From Octopus bimaculoides (lineage: Eukaryota), in the NCBI RefSeq assembly GCF_001194135.2, contig NC_068993.1, positions 59,803,532 to 59,842,151 on the forward strand: a DNA stretch of 38,620 bases, in the 5' to 3' direction. The translations under genes were made by a program, and so were the position numbers. The notes beneath the pieces are model-generated. The model was not told the DNA's origin. It worked only from the letters and a program-made list of their open reading frames with translations, and did no database searches. Positions 11,491 through 23,985 of the stretch are shown here, piece by piece; positions within the stretch are counted from its first letter, which is position 1, and each line of letters starts with the position of its first letter.

Positions 11491-11530
<40 letters not shown>
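11439..11530. repeat. Compound (GTC)n(CTC)n(ATC)n microsatellite
   Basis: Seen directly. Confidence 0.95.
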
Positions 11531-11711
11531 TGGCTTTTTACAAGCAGAATTCAAATTCCTGCGACGCCGACTTTGCCTCTCAAACAATTGAGATCGATAA
11601 AACAAATGCTAGATGAGTACTGGGGGTGATGTAATTATCTTGAAACTCCTGCTAAGTTTTTTGGCCCTGTGCGGAAACTTTGAAAGCAATTTTATTATTA
11701 CTATTAAGAAA

Positions 11712-11900
11712 GTAGTGAGCTAGCAGAACCGTTAGGGTGATGGACATAAGTGCTTAGCGCCATGCTTTCCGGCGCTTTTCGTTTTGAGCTCAAATTCCGT
11801 CAAGGTCGAAATTGCTGTTCATCGTATCAGGGTCCATAAAACATGAACCATTCGGGTAAGGGTCAATATGATGGCCTTGTGTCAAAATTTGAAACGATTA
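11712..11900 (+). mobile_element. SINE family A, heavily diverged (tail type 2)
   Basis: gagctagcagaaccgttag...gagctcaaattccgtcaaggtcga...ggccttgtgtcaaaatttgaaacgatta. Confidence 0.65.
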
Positions 11901-12337
11901 ATATGGTCCTTTTTGGTGTGGCTGTCATTGCTGTTGTTCTTGCTGTCGCCAATGGTCAATTTGGCCCCATCACCACTAGATTGTTATCTTCCCTTTCTGT
12001 GATTACGAGTGCGAATGAGTGTGTACGCATAGGAGAATGTGAGGCTGTGGCCCCAACTTTTAAAGATTTTATTCAGCCCACCCTATTACGCTTTCGCCCT
12101 ACTTTTCGTCATTCCACTGATGGCATTGAATAATTTGGATAACGGAGTTATGTATCGATTTCAAATGTTGGCATTTGAACAACCTTACATCATAATTCAT
12201 ATATTTTTGCCAAAATGCGGATCCTTGTGAGGTGATAAGAATATATAATTTTCTATAAACAATGTGTACCTCTGTAAGTTGATTTGTCGAAACTTGCGTA
12301 TGTTTAATAAACACATATATTAATATATATGTCAGTA

Positions 12338-12492
12338 AGTATGTATGTATGTATGTATGCATGTATTGTATGCGTGTATGTATATATGTATGTATGTAAG
12401 AAGGCATGCATGTATGTATGTATGAATGTATGTATATATGCATGCATGTATGTATGCATTTATGTATGTATGTATGTATGTATGTATGTATG
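12338..12492. repeat. (TATG)n degenerate tetranucleotide repeat
   Basis: Seen directly. Confidence 0.9.
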
Positions 12493-12608
12493 CGTGTATC
12501 TCAACATGAAACCACTGTTAGTCTGATTAAGCCACGAATAAAGAGTACTTATCCTTCAATGCATTGTCCAGCACTCCTTCTCACGGTTCAATATTAACGT
12601 GTGTGCGT

Positions 12609-13069
12609 NNNNNNNNNNNNNNNNNNNNNNNNNNNNNNNNNNNNNNNNNNNNNNNNNNNNNNNNNNNNNNNNNNNNNNNNNNNNNNNNNNNNNNNNNNNN
12701 NNNNNNNNNNNNNNNNNNNNNNNNNNNNNNNNNNNNNNNNNNNNNNNNNNNNNNNNNNNNNNNNNNNNNNNNNNNNNNNNNNNNNNNNNNNNNNNNNNNN
12801 NNNNNNNNNNNNNNNNNNNNNNNNNNNNNNNNNNNNNNNNNNNNNNNNNNNNNNNNNNNNNNNNNNNNNNNNNNNNNNNNNNNNNNNNNNNNNNNNNNNN
12901 NNNNNNNNNNNNNNNNNNNNNNNNNNNNNNNNNNNNNNNNNNNNNNNNNNNNNNNNNNNNNNNNNNNNNNNNNNNNNNNNNNNNNNNNNNNNNNNNNNNN
13001 NNNNNNNNNNNNNNNNNNNNNNNNNNNNNNNNNNNNNNNNNNNNNNNNNNNNNNNNNNNNNNNNNNNNN
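12609..13069. other. Assembly gap (others: 13897-14135, 20824-21091, 23105-23131, 24607-24616, 28775-28990, 35586-35595, 36656-36665, 37639-37818)
   Basis: Runs of N, nearly all abutting simple repeats. Confidence 0.99.
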
Positions 13070-13559
13070 TTTTCAAATATCGCAGAGTTAACACACGATT
13101 CGTGTATGTAGATAATACGTGTTATTGTATGTTAATATCTGTATGTATGCCTATAACTGTATTGTCTATATTATCTCTAGTGTGTGTGTACATATATATT
13201 TGTGTGTGAGCGTGAGAAGAGAGAGAGTGTGTGCGTGTGCGAGAGAGAATGTGTGTGTGTGTGTGTGTGTGGATATCTGTATGCGGGCGTATGTGTGAGC
13301 GTGTGGAGGCCTCTGTGTACGTGAGCTTATGGATGTAGCTGGGCGTGGGGACCTGATAATCAGTAGAAAAACAACTGAAGTGATATCTATGAGAGAAATT
13401 ATCAAACATACATTATAACTAGATATTTCGAATTCCCTGTAGGGTATCGTTAGCCTTCGTCTATCTAGAGGGGGGTAAGGATCGATAAATACATAAGTGC
13501 TATGAGGATGGCATGTACAGCAGAGTGTCAGTGGCGGTGGAGGGTGGAACGATGTGCAC

Positions 13560-13830
13560 CAAGTGCTGTTGTGGGAGTTCGCTTCCGTTTGTAGGGTGTG
13601 GTGTTGCTATCGGGAGGACTTATCTTCACTGATCTCCCTGATGATATAGACAACTGAACAAAGACGGGAGCCCTAATGAAAAGGTTAGCTATAATATCCG
13701 AGTTATTTGATGACATCTTGCCAAAAGACATCCTGGAAACACAGCCGATCTGGTGCCAAATCTATGGATTTTCTATGGATCTTGACTCGTTCAACTGAGA
13801 AGGGAATTCTCTGGTCACTCTTGACGATGA
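13560..13830 (+). pseudogene. Possible degraded RTE-like reverse transcriptase fragment
   Basis: One frame, interrupted by stops, reads GVVLLSGGLIFTDLPDDID...ALMKRLAIISELF. This resembles the RTE motif GVELxPGGRLxDLEYADDI...LLDRLxx. Recalled similarity only. Confidence 0.35.
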
Positions 13831-14897
13831 TTTACATTAAAATTGAACATTTTCTTCTGTATATAATTACATACAAAATTATATGTATATATATATNNNN
13901 NNNNNNNNNNNNNNNNNNNNNNNNNNNNNNNNNNNNNNNNNNNNNNNNNNNNNNNNNNNNNNNNNNNNNNNNNNNNNNNNNNNNNNNNNNNNNNNNNNNN
14001 NNNNNNNNNNNNNNNNNNNNNNNNNNNNNNNNNNNNNNNNNNNNNNNNNNNNNNNNNNNNNNNNNNNNNNNNNNNNNNNNNNNNNNNNNNNNNNNNNNNN
14101 NNNNNNNNNNNNNNNNNNNNNNNNNNNNNNNNNNNATATATATATATATATATATACGTACATATATGGGTGTGTTTGTATATTTTAATTTACTTATATA
14201 TCATATATATTATAGTGAGCATATTTACATTATGTATCAAACATAATTGGACTCCCACACCACCGTGCATACAAACAAACCCACAAGCACAAACACACAC
14301 CATTCAAAGCTGAGTTGGCTTGGAGTGTTACTCCGAGTGGCGAATTAGCCAAGTTCCTTTTTGAATAAATTTTATTTCACCTTCTTTAAAAGTAGGTAAT
14401 TCTTTCCTTGCCTTAATTGCGCTGCATGATAACGCCAAATCACCACCTATTCACACACATGCATACACATACTACATATGCAAATAAATTTGTATCCACA
14501 CACATACATACACACACACACGTTTCAAATAAAATGGCATACCTCGGAATACTGTAATGCATCAAATATTTATTAGATGCTATTCTATTTGAAACGTATG
14601 TAGCAGATTAAATCATGAACAATGTTCATACTTTTGTATTTTTTCTATTATGCTCTATGAGTATATACTGCACATATATATGCACAAATGTTTATGTGTG
14701 TGTGTGTGTGTGTGTGTATAGAAGCATATATACTGTATGTTTGCTTTCGAGTTACTAGGAATACTTTTATTCATATAATTTTCAAAGTTTTGCTCCGACA
14801 GAGAGAAGAGGATATGGAAGAAATTAGCCATAAAAACCGAAGGCATATATGTGTGTGTGTGTGTGTGTGCGTGTGTGCGTGCGTGCGTTTATATAAA

Positions 14898-15254
14898 TGG
14901 TGGCACTCCGTCAGTTACGACGACGAGGGCTCCATTTGATCCGATCACAGGAACAGCCAGCTCGTGAAATTAACGTGAAACTGGCTGAGCAATCCACAGA
15001 CAAGTGTACCCTTAACGTAATTCTTAGGGTGATTCAGCGTGACAAGGCTGGCCCTTTGAAATGCAGGTACAACAGAAACAGGAAGAAAGAGTGAGAGATA
15101 ATTGTGCTGAAAGAATGCAGCAGGGTTCGCCACCACGTGGAGCTTTAGGTGTTTTCACCTAATAAAAACTCAGAACGCCCGGTCTGGGAATCGAAACCGC
15201 GATCCTACGAACGCAAGTCCGCTGTCCTAACCACTGGGCCATTGCACCTCCACT
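14898..15254 (-). mobile_element. tRNA-derived SINE, family C, full-length with 12-bp TSD
   Basis: Minus-strand head has A box tggcccagtgg and B box ggtttcgattcc. TSD cgtttatataaa at 14886-14897 and 15255-15266. Collinear with 22025-22406. Confidence 0.93.
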
Positions 15255-15769
15255 CGTTTATATAAACTTATACGTACGCACGTATATATCGACATACGCA
15301 CAGATATTTATATTTATATCCGTGCGTGTGTGTTTAAATAAACCAGCAAAATAACTACCTGTTCTAACGCGATTGAAATACCAAAATGGTCGCATATGTA
15401 GGTGTGTAACGAGTATGGACGAGGTGGTAAGAAGAGGGCCGTTGATAGCTTTGGATGCCGGGTATGTAAGGAGTGTTGTTGTTGTTGTTGTTGTTGCTGA
15501 TGATGCTGGTTGGCGTAGGGGTGTTGTATTGTTGTTTGTTTTCTGTGCAACAAGCAACCACACATTAAAAATGTATCTTAATTTTCACAAGAGCTTTTAA
15601 CGCACCGGGGGTGGCAGAAAAATGTTTAGAAGCGGGAATATAACAAGCATTGATATTGTTAGAAAGCATCGAATAATTATTGCTTGAAATATAATGAAAA
15701 ATAAATAAATAAACAAATAAAAATTCTACTCCATAAAATAACTTACAAAAGCGACCATTGCTTGACTTG

Positions 15770-16040
15770 GAAGATGATTATGATGATGACGATGATGTTG
15801 ATAATGATGATGATGATGAGGAGGATGACGACAACGACGACGAAGACGACGACGATGATGATGATGATGATGACGACGACGTTGGTGGAAGTGCTAGTAG
15901 TTCTGATTGGTAGCAGTACTGATAGTGTATTGGTCGACGACGATGACACTGATGAGGACGACGACGACGAGTTTCATGTCGTCGGCGACACTGACGATGG
16001 ATGATGAGGATGTAGAAAAAGAAGAGGAGGATGTCGAAGT
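15770..16040. repeat. Cryptically simple (GAT/GAC)-rich low-complexity tract
   Basis: Seen directly. Confidence 0.85.
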
Positions 16041-16591
16041 GGAATGTCTGTTGCTGCTCGTGTTGGTAACGACGAACAGAAGTAAAAACGAATGGAAGGT
16101 GCAGTAGCGGTGAGAGGAGAGAATTGTGAGGAGCAGGAGATAGTATGAAGAATAGTGGAGTGGAGAAGAAGTGAAGAAAACAAGAAATATGGCTGATCAT
16201 TGCCATCCTTAGTCTCTGATGTGTGACCAGACACTACAGCTGATAAATCCGAAAAAAACATGACAAAACTACCACTGCCAACACCACAACACACACGCAT
16301 AGAAGCATACATGCACACTCACACACAAACACACACACAGATACACACAAACACACACACAGATACACACAAACACACACACAGATACACACAAACACAC
16401 ACACATATGGACCTACAGATATACTCATATATGTATGTACCAATATGTACACAAATATGTGCACATTGACATACAGCCATACACACACTCATACAAGTAT
16501 ACACGCATACGCATGTAGAAACATATACATAAATACGTCAACATTAAAATACACACACAAGTAAGCATACACACACATGTACCTTTTATTG

Positions 16592-16843
16592 TTTACCTTA
16601 AGTTTTTCAGTCATTAGACTGCAGCCATGCTGGAGCAGCAGCTTGAAGTTATTTTAGTCGAATGGATCGACACCAGTACTATTTCTTAAAGCCTCATACT
16701 TATTCTGTCGAGCACTTTTTGCCGAACCGCTAAGTTATTCGGTTGTAAACAATCCAGCGCCGTTTGTCAAGCGCTGGTGGGAGCAGAGACAAACACTTCT
16801 ATCTATCTATCTATCTATCTATTGGAATGTTTAGTCATTTATT

Positions 16844-16912
<69 letters not shown>

Positions 16913-17030
16913 GTTTTCATCTACCAAATCCACTCACATGGCTCCGGTCGGCCTGAGGCTATACTAGTAGACACTTGTCGAAAGTGCCATGTGGTTGGGT
17001 AGTAAAATTCTTACCACACAGCCACGCCTA
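16592..17030 (-). mobile_element. SINE family B, full-length, with expanded internal (TCTA)n/(TA)n
   Basis: 3' module at ~16592-16797 and 5' head at ~16910-17030 (ggcgtggctgtgtggtaag on minus) flank the microsatellite. Confidence 0.88.
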
Positions 17031-17289
17031 CGCCTTTACATATAAAAATGTATTCATATACTTCTAGAGAGAATATCAATACACAAATACACACCCAGAA
17101 ATGCACAAACGAACAGAAATACTTTTTTATACACACAAATCATACACGCTGATATTTGTACGTAAACATTAACCAACAGACAAACATATACAAAGTGCAC
17201 ACGCTAAGATATAAACATTCTTACACCCTCACATTCACAGGTGATTTGCGCATGCGTACTTACACTTTAAAACATGTACGAATGTAAAT

Positions 17290-17327
<38 letters not shown>

Positions 17328-17575
17328 CGAGCTATAAACAACAGAAAAAAATATATACAAAACGACACGAAACCATAAAAAAAAACAGTGGATATGAAAA
17401 TATAAAGAAAATATAGAATGAAAAGGAATGGATTTTTCCGAAATGGATACAGTTCTGATGCCAATAGCACCGTTTTCTGCGAATTGAAGCTGATTTGCTA
17501 AAAGCGGTATGGCCACAGGTGTTTTATTTAGGAAAGAACGAGGGAAAAAAATGTGTCTAAAATTATGTTAGAGAG

Positions 17576-17616
<41 letters not shown>

Positions 17617-18354
17617 AATTATGAGCCACACGGAAAACTTTAACATAAACTACAAGGAAAATAAATACATTAGAATGCGACTCCCACCCAATAAATACAT
17701 TAACAAATGACAACAAATGATTTTATGTAACAAAAAGAAAAAAAAAAGTAAGCGAAGTCGGTGACGAAATAGCCACAACTGGAATAATATCGGCATCAAA
17801 GAATATTCTGGAAAAAAATGCAGCAACAGTAATGAGGACATGAATTATTAGTGAGACAATATGAGAGCCTCTGTATGCCGATTAGACCTGCTAGAATTAG
17901 CAACAAAATCTCCCTCATATCCCCCTGTACGCACAACACGTTGGAAAATGTGATTGTAGATATTTATCCTGTAAAATGATGAATAGTTGTGGATGGAAGT
18001 TTGAGCCGAAGAAAAGAACAACAGCATTAGCTGTAATTTCAGAACATACAATTTATCCAAAAATAGCAGCAAAATTTTCATCATGTCACACCATACAATC
18101 TTGTAAAATTGGAATTATTCATGGGATGATGTAGTTTCAAAAAATATCGATGTGATGGTCGTAAGTGAGACGTATATAAAGATGTCTAGAGGTTCAGTGA
18201 TTTTCCTGGGTTGAAACAAGAACCACGAGAAAAAGAGCTGATATGGTATACGACAGCTGTCTTCGATATGTCAGAAACAGCTGTTATATCCACATCAGGT
18301 ATAGCTTACCTGCTTGGATTAGGGAGAATGTTAATGATATAATCCTAGGCGGGC

Positions 18355-18457
<103 letters not shown>

Positions 18458-18460
<3 letters not shown>

Positions 18461-18745
18461 ATTTGGAATATGAAAACTGTAAAGGTTGTGCCTATAATTA
18501 TTGATGCATTGCGAACTGTAAGCAAAGATATAGAGTAATGGTTGAAGGAAATTGGAATAGAATGTCCTGTAGAGCTTTAACAAATAGCTTTGACTCATAG
18601 GGACAGGAAAGATTATCAGGAGGGTCTTAAGCACTTGAAAGACTATCGAAAGATTGTGGATAACTAAGATTACAGGTAGTAAACCGCTACCCACATAAAT
18701 TCTACCAGGAATAAGACCGAACCTGAGTCAAATCACTAATAAATA
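18458..18745 (+). mobile_element. 5'-truncated R4/Dong-like non-LTR retrotransposon 3' end (restriction-like endonuclease C-terminus plus 3' UTR)
   Basis: Reads RIWNMKTVKVVPIIIDALRTVSKDIE*WLKEIGIECPVEL*QIALT/IGTGKIIRRVLST* (stop 18636-18638). Matches the R4-clade C-terminal pattern WxMKxVxVVPIVIGALGTV...LQKxxLLGTAxIIRKVL. Confidence 0.8.
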
Positions 18746-18758
18746 GTGATTTATAAAG

Positions 18759-18871
18759 TATTGGGTTGTCCGGAAAGATCGTGCCGATATAACTGTCACA
18801 TGTATACACTTCATTGCCAAGCTTAGTTTTTGCCTTTACACAAATGGATATATTGGCACGGATTCCAAATA
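18759..18871. mobile_element. Possible tiny mariner-type MITE remnant
   Basis: Begins TA+ttgggttgtccggaaagatcgtgccgatata. cgtgccgatata (18780-18791) is inverted to tatattggcacg (18849-18860) at 11/12. Confidence 0.45.
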
Positions 18872-19895
18872 GAAGTAATAAACACCCTAATCGAAAGAGA
18901 ATGAGAAAAAATTAAATTCCTCGCTGTAAAAGGAGGACAAATGGATAAAGATATTAATGAATAAAGACAAAAAAAAGCGTTTGTTTAAAATGTATATTCA
19001 AACAAGATATGAACGAAATTATGTAAGTATACACAATGTTGTTGAATAACACCATAAATACAACATTGTATAACAACCTATCAGATAAAAATGAAGCATG
19101 CATTATAGCATGTATCAGTTTACGTATCATGAACTAAATGCCCTCATACTATATAGCAAACGAACAAGTTATGACAATAACTTCTAGGAACAAAATACAA
19201 CATGCATTACAACCAATCGCAAACTAGTATGAATAATACATTGTAAAATCAGAAAAGGTAATATCCTCATCAAAACAGCACAATATTGCAAGGTGCTGCA
19301 TCAACATCAAATGACTAATGCAATTTGCATTTTCAGTTGCATGCATGAAAGCTGTAAACTCTATGACTCCAACCCTACTACAATACTGAATGTGCAATTA
19401 CCAAATTTTCTTGCCTGTCAGCAACAGGTCTCTAACAAAGAGCCATTACAACGCAATACACTCAATGCATCCAAACAGAATTTGCTATTACACAAAAAAA
19501 TATGTCGAGAGTAAAAATAACTTATAATAGATTACCAAACCAAAGTCACCTTAGTTGGTCATGCAATTTTTATATAAAATAGTTTATGTTACTGATTGAT
19601 TTATAACACAGAACAGAACGTACACAAAGTGTACCATTGCAACGCACAAAAGTTGAGATATTTCAGCTGAACTATTTTCTAATTGTTGGAAAAGACATAA
19701 CGTTAAAAGTCAGAAAATTGAAGAAGAATGATTAAGAATAAAAGCAATCACGATTCTTGCCTACAAAATAATGTCAATAATATCCACAAATAAACCAGTT
19801 TCAAACTTCATGTTAAAAGATAACAATTCCTCATCTGCTTCTCTGTCTCTTTGTCTGTCTGTCTTTCTCTCTCGAACCCCTCTCTTTCCATACTG

Positions 19896-19939
<44 letters not shown>

Positions 19940-20547
19940 CAATCTCGAGTATAAGCAGCCGAAATTGCAAAGATAATCTGGAACTCGACTGAGGAAAGAA
20001 AACTCCGAATGACTTGCCCTTGTTTTTTCTTGTCCCTTTATTTATATCATCTGTCTGAGTTTTTTGCGTCCTTGTTCCATTTTTTGTATTCCTTTTTATA
20101 TACGTATAACGGCGTACGTACACTTTGGTCTCTTATATATATATATATATATATACCTCTTCCTTTAGATCGAATACACTGTAAAAACTTTAATTAGGAT
20201 TGGTGATCTTGTCATTTTCCAATGTCCAAGAATCCTAGTCATGTTCAATTACAAGATATCTTGCGGAGTTCTTCTCTAGGAAAATGTGATTCGAGGGAAT
20301 TTTGCTGCTTGCTCTTTCTACCAATTCAGTAGACCTAACAGAAGCTCTCACGTTTGCTCAACATTACCCCAATTTCTGGAACTGGCGGACTAATGAGACA
20401 CTGTTTCCCATTAATTTCGGTTAGAAGTATGTAAGAAAAGACATAACATTCATATTGGTGTGACGTAAAATTTGTAACATCTAACATTGTCAAGATTGCA
20501 TTCTTTCAAGAAATCTAGAATATTCAAAATGTTTATTTCCACGAGGT

Positions 20548-20700
20548 GTTATCAATTTTATGTCCTGGCATTTGATATCTTATCAATTTATATAGTGACA
20601 CTTCTTAGTTGATCGATTTTTATCCTGACATTCCACATTTTAACAATTTATATAATAACACTGCACTATATCAATTTATACATATTCCACACTCTACCAA
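20548..20700. repeat. Degenerate ~30-bp minisatellite, left block
   Basis: Recurrent ttatcaattta...(t)gacac/taacac at ~30-33 bp spacing. Confidence 0.7.
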
Positions 20701-20786
20701 ATATATACCCCCGTCCTTTTATCAATGTATTTAATGACACGTTTCAGGTTTTCGGTTTACATAATGAAACACCGCAATTTATCATT

Positions 20787-20823
<37 letters not shown>

Positions 20824-21136
20824 NNNNNNNNNNNNNNNNNNNNNNNNNNNNNNNNNNNNNNNNNNNNNNNNNNNNNNNNNNNNNNNNNNNNNNNNNNNNN
20901 NNNNNNNNNNNNNNNNNNNNNNNNNNNNNNNNNNNNNNNNNNNNNNNNNNNNNNNNNNNNNNNNNNNNNNNNNNNNNNNNNNNNNNNNNNNNNNNNNNNN
21001 NNNNNNNNNNNNNNNNNNNNNNNNNNNNNNNNNNNNNNNNNNNNNNNNNNNNNNNNNNNNNNNNNNNNNNNNNNNNNNNNNNNNNNNNNNNTATATATAT
21101 AAAGGACCATATATATATATATATATATATATATAC

Positions 21137-21278
21137 GAAGACGCGTGGCTTAGTGGTTAGGGCATTCGGCTCACGATCGTGAGTTCAATTCCTGGCGAGG
21201 CGTTGTATCCTTAAGCAAAACACTTTATTTCACGTTGCCCCAATCCACTCAGCTGGCAAAAATGAGTTGTACCTGTAT
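21137..21278 (+). mobile_element. tRNA-derived SINE, family D, 5' portion
   Basis: A box gtggcttagtgg, B box gagttcaattcc, then core-like gcgttgtatccttaagcaaaacactttatttcacgttgccccaatccactcagctggcaaaaatgag. Confidence 0.75.
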
Positions 21279-21281
21279 TAC

Positions 21282-21790
21282 AATAACACTCCACTAGTTA
21301 TCATTTTCCACCATAGTTTATCAACTCATATCTTGACACTAAATACTTCATCAATTTATGTAGTAGTAACACTCGCAGTTAATTAAGTTTTGTAATGACA
21401 CTCCAAAATTTATTAATTTATCTCATGGCTATTTGAATCCTGACCCAATGAATTTTATCTTTTTATATCCTGACACTCCACAACTCATTAAAATCCGATT
21501 ACCTACCTATCTATAGTTTATCCGTTGAAACGATGACATACTACAGTTTATCAATTTAAGTAATAACACTCCACAATTTATCAACTCGCCTAACAACACT
21601 CCTGAGTGTATCGATTGACGTAATGATATTTCACTGGTTGTCATTTTACGTAATGACATTCTACGATATATCTACTCATGTTAATCCCTCTCCATAGTTC
21701 ATAAACTCACTCAAGGATATAGTTTATCTCTATGTCTTCATATTTCATGGCACTATATTTATCATAGGTTCTTGCCATGCTACAATGTAT
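21282..21790. repeat. Degenerate ~30-bp minisatellite, right block (approx. consensus TAATGACACTCCACAGTTTATCAATTTATG)
   Basis: Repeated acactcc and tttatcaa motifs, e.g. gacatactacagtttatcaatttaagtaataacactccacaatttatcaac. Confidence 0.72.
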
Positions 21791-22024
21791 CATATATCTT
21801 TTATATTGATTTCTATCCAGAAAACCAATCAACATCACTAATTCTACAAACACGTCGTCGTTGCAAAAGCATTATTCATTTTTTAAATGAATCGTCAGTT
21901 CACGTATTTTGGGAACTGGGTTGACCAATTATAACTCACTCTAGTATTCAGCTAAAATATCTTTTTAAGGCAACTGTTACTGATATTTGAAGTTCAAATC
22001 TTGAAGCAGCAAATGTGTTATTGT

Positions 22025-22406
22025 TGTTGGCACTCCGTCGCATACGACGACGAGGGTTCCAGTTGATCCGATCAACGGAACAACCTGCTCGTGAAATTAA
22101 CGTGCAAGTGGCTGAGCACTCCACACACACGTGTACTCTTAACGTAGTTCTCGGGGATATTCAGCGTGACACAGAGTGACAAGGCTGGCCCTTTTAATTA
22201 CAGGCACAACAGAAACAGGAAGTAAGAGTGAGAGAAAGTTGTGGTGGAAGAGTACAGCAGGGTTCGCCACCACCCCCTGCCGGGGCCTCGTGAAGCTTTA
22301 GGTGTTTTAGCTCAATAAACACTCACAACGCCCGGTCTGGGAATCGAAACCGCGATCCTATGACCGCGACTCCGCTATCCTAACCACTGGGCCATTGCGC
22401 CTCCAC
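22025..22406 (-). mobile_element. tRNA-derived SINE, family C, full-length with 11-bp TSD
   Basis: TSD tgtgttattgt at 22014-22024 and 22407-22417; A and B boxes on minus; collinear with 14898-15254. Confidence 0.94.
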
Positions 22407-23854
22407 TGTGTTATTGTAAAATAACATTTACAGTACCTAAAGCCTTCTGATCCACTGAACTTGAACACAATTTTTCTTTTTGATTATTAAATCACGTATA
22501 TGGTTTGTTTTCTGTTGTATTTCGATATACAGAATTATTCCTATTTTCGAGGCTATTTTCCATTCTAACCGCCAGTATTGCAAAAAGTATGGCTTATCGA
22601 AATCAGATAAGAAGAGGACTTTTAGAAAAGCCAACTTTATCATTGCAATCCCTGTAGTAGTCCGTGCACAGCAATTGACAAATGGGAAACTGTTCGATAG
22701 TTCCAGCAGCTCCGCTTCTGGCAAATATTTTAATGAATCTGCTCTACGTAACTGGAGATCGAAAAATTAACAAACTACAAAAGCATTTTTTTTTAAAGGA
22801 TCGAGAATATATGTTCGTAGGTGTGTGTGTGTGTGCGTGCGTGTGAGTGTGTGTGTGTGTGTGTGTACGTGCGTGAAGCTGTGCATATTCATATACATTT
22901 ATATATGTATAAGTGTATATGTGGTGTAAGTAGAAATTATTGAAAATATCTGGTTAAATCTTGCAGCCACCCTGGGTGCAAAATGATGATCAATTATTCG
23001 ATTGAGTTATTTTGAAATGTCTCAACAACACCGCATCTTACATAAGAAAAAAAAAACAAAAACAATTGTAGTAGTCGTAGTGATGGTGGTGGTGGTGGTG
23101 GTGGNNNNNNNNNNNNNNNNNNNNNNNNNNNGGGGGGGGGTGATCGTCGTCGTCGTCGTTGTCGTCAATGATTTGTTTTCTTTATATGTACGTATAGATT
23201 GTTGGGTTTCGATAAGTGATGTGTTTGTTTTTTGTTTTTTCCCAAGTTGATTTCGTTGTACGCATTGTTTAAAAGTCACGTGAGAATCTCGCCAAAATGT
23301 CTCACGATAAATGAATTTATTACTTCTCTATGTTAAATTAAAGACTTTTATCTGTTTAGTTACATTGAAATTTATTATACTGTTTTATAATTTATTTAAC
23401 AGAACTTAAAATTTAGTAGTTAAAATCCTCATGTTTATTTAGTCTATATTTATACATTTTCCTGCACCAGACGCGACGATGTCTCTTCTTTGTTTTTATT
23501 TAGTTATGATTCAATTTCAGGTTTCGTCAATACCTTCACTAAGTTGATTTATTTCGCTCGAAATTCGATCATAGAAGTTTTTACACTTAAGAGCTACCGG
23601 AGACGTTGCGTATTTTCTCTTGCGAGTAATAAACTTCACCACTCGAGGAAAAGGGAGTGGGGTTCTGCTTGATCGACTGGCCTATTAGAAATAGCAGGCA
23701 ATCTCCTAAAAATTTCATCCTTCCGTCTTAGAAAAGAATAGCACAGACAAAAGATATTTACATCAAGAGTGAAATCCGTTAATCGATAAATCGATCAAGA
23801 CTGATCTGGTGCTAAATACCAGCAGATTCCATAACACTTTTCTTTCCACTTCTC

Positions 23855-23985
23855 GCCCTTCTCCTTCTCCCTCTCTCTCACTCCACCTCTTTTTCTCCCC
23901 CTCTCTCTCTCTTTCACTCCACCTCTTTTTCTTTACCCCCCTCTCTCTCTTTCTCACTCCACCACTTCCCCCCCCTCTCTATCTC
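23855..23985. repeat. Polypyrimidine tract with three ~30-38-bp units (ctctctctcactccacctctttttct)
   Basis: cactccacc recurs three times within CT-rich sequence. Confidence 0.75.

Noticed and set aside
22437-22724. Minus ORF with LFLSDFDKPYFLQ...ASKIGIIL, vaguely like the Gypsy RT-RNase H linker
   Set aside because: The catalytic TDAS motif is absent and there is no other LTR-element evidence; an HMM search would be needed.
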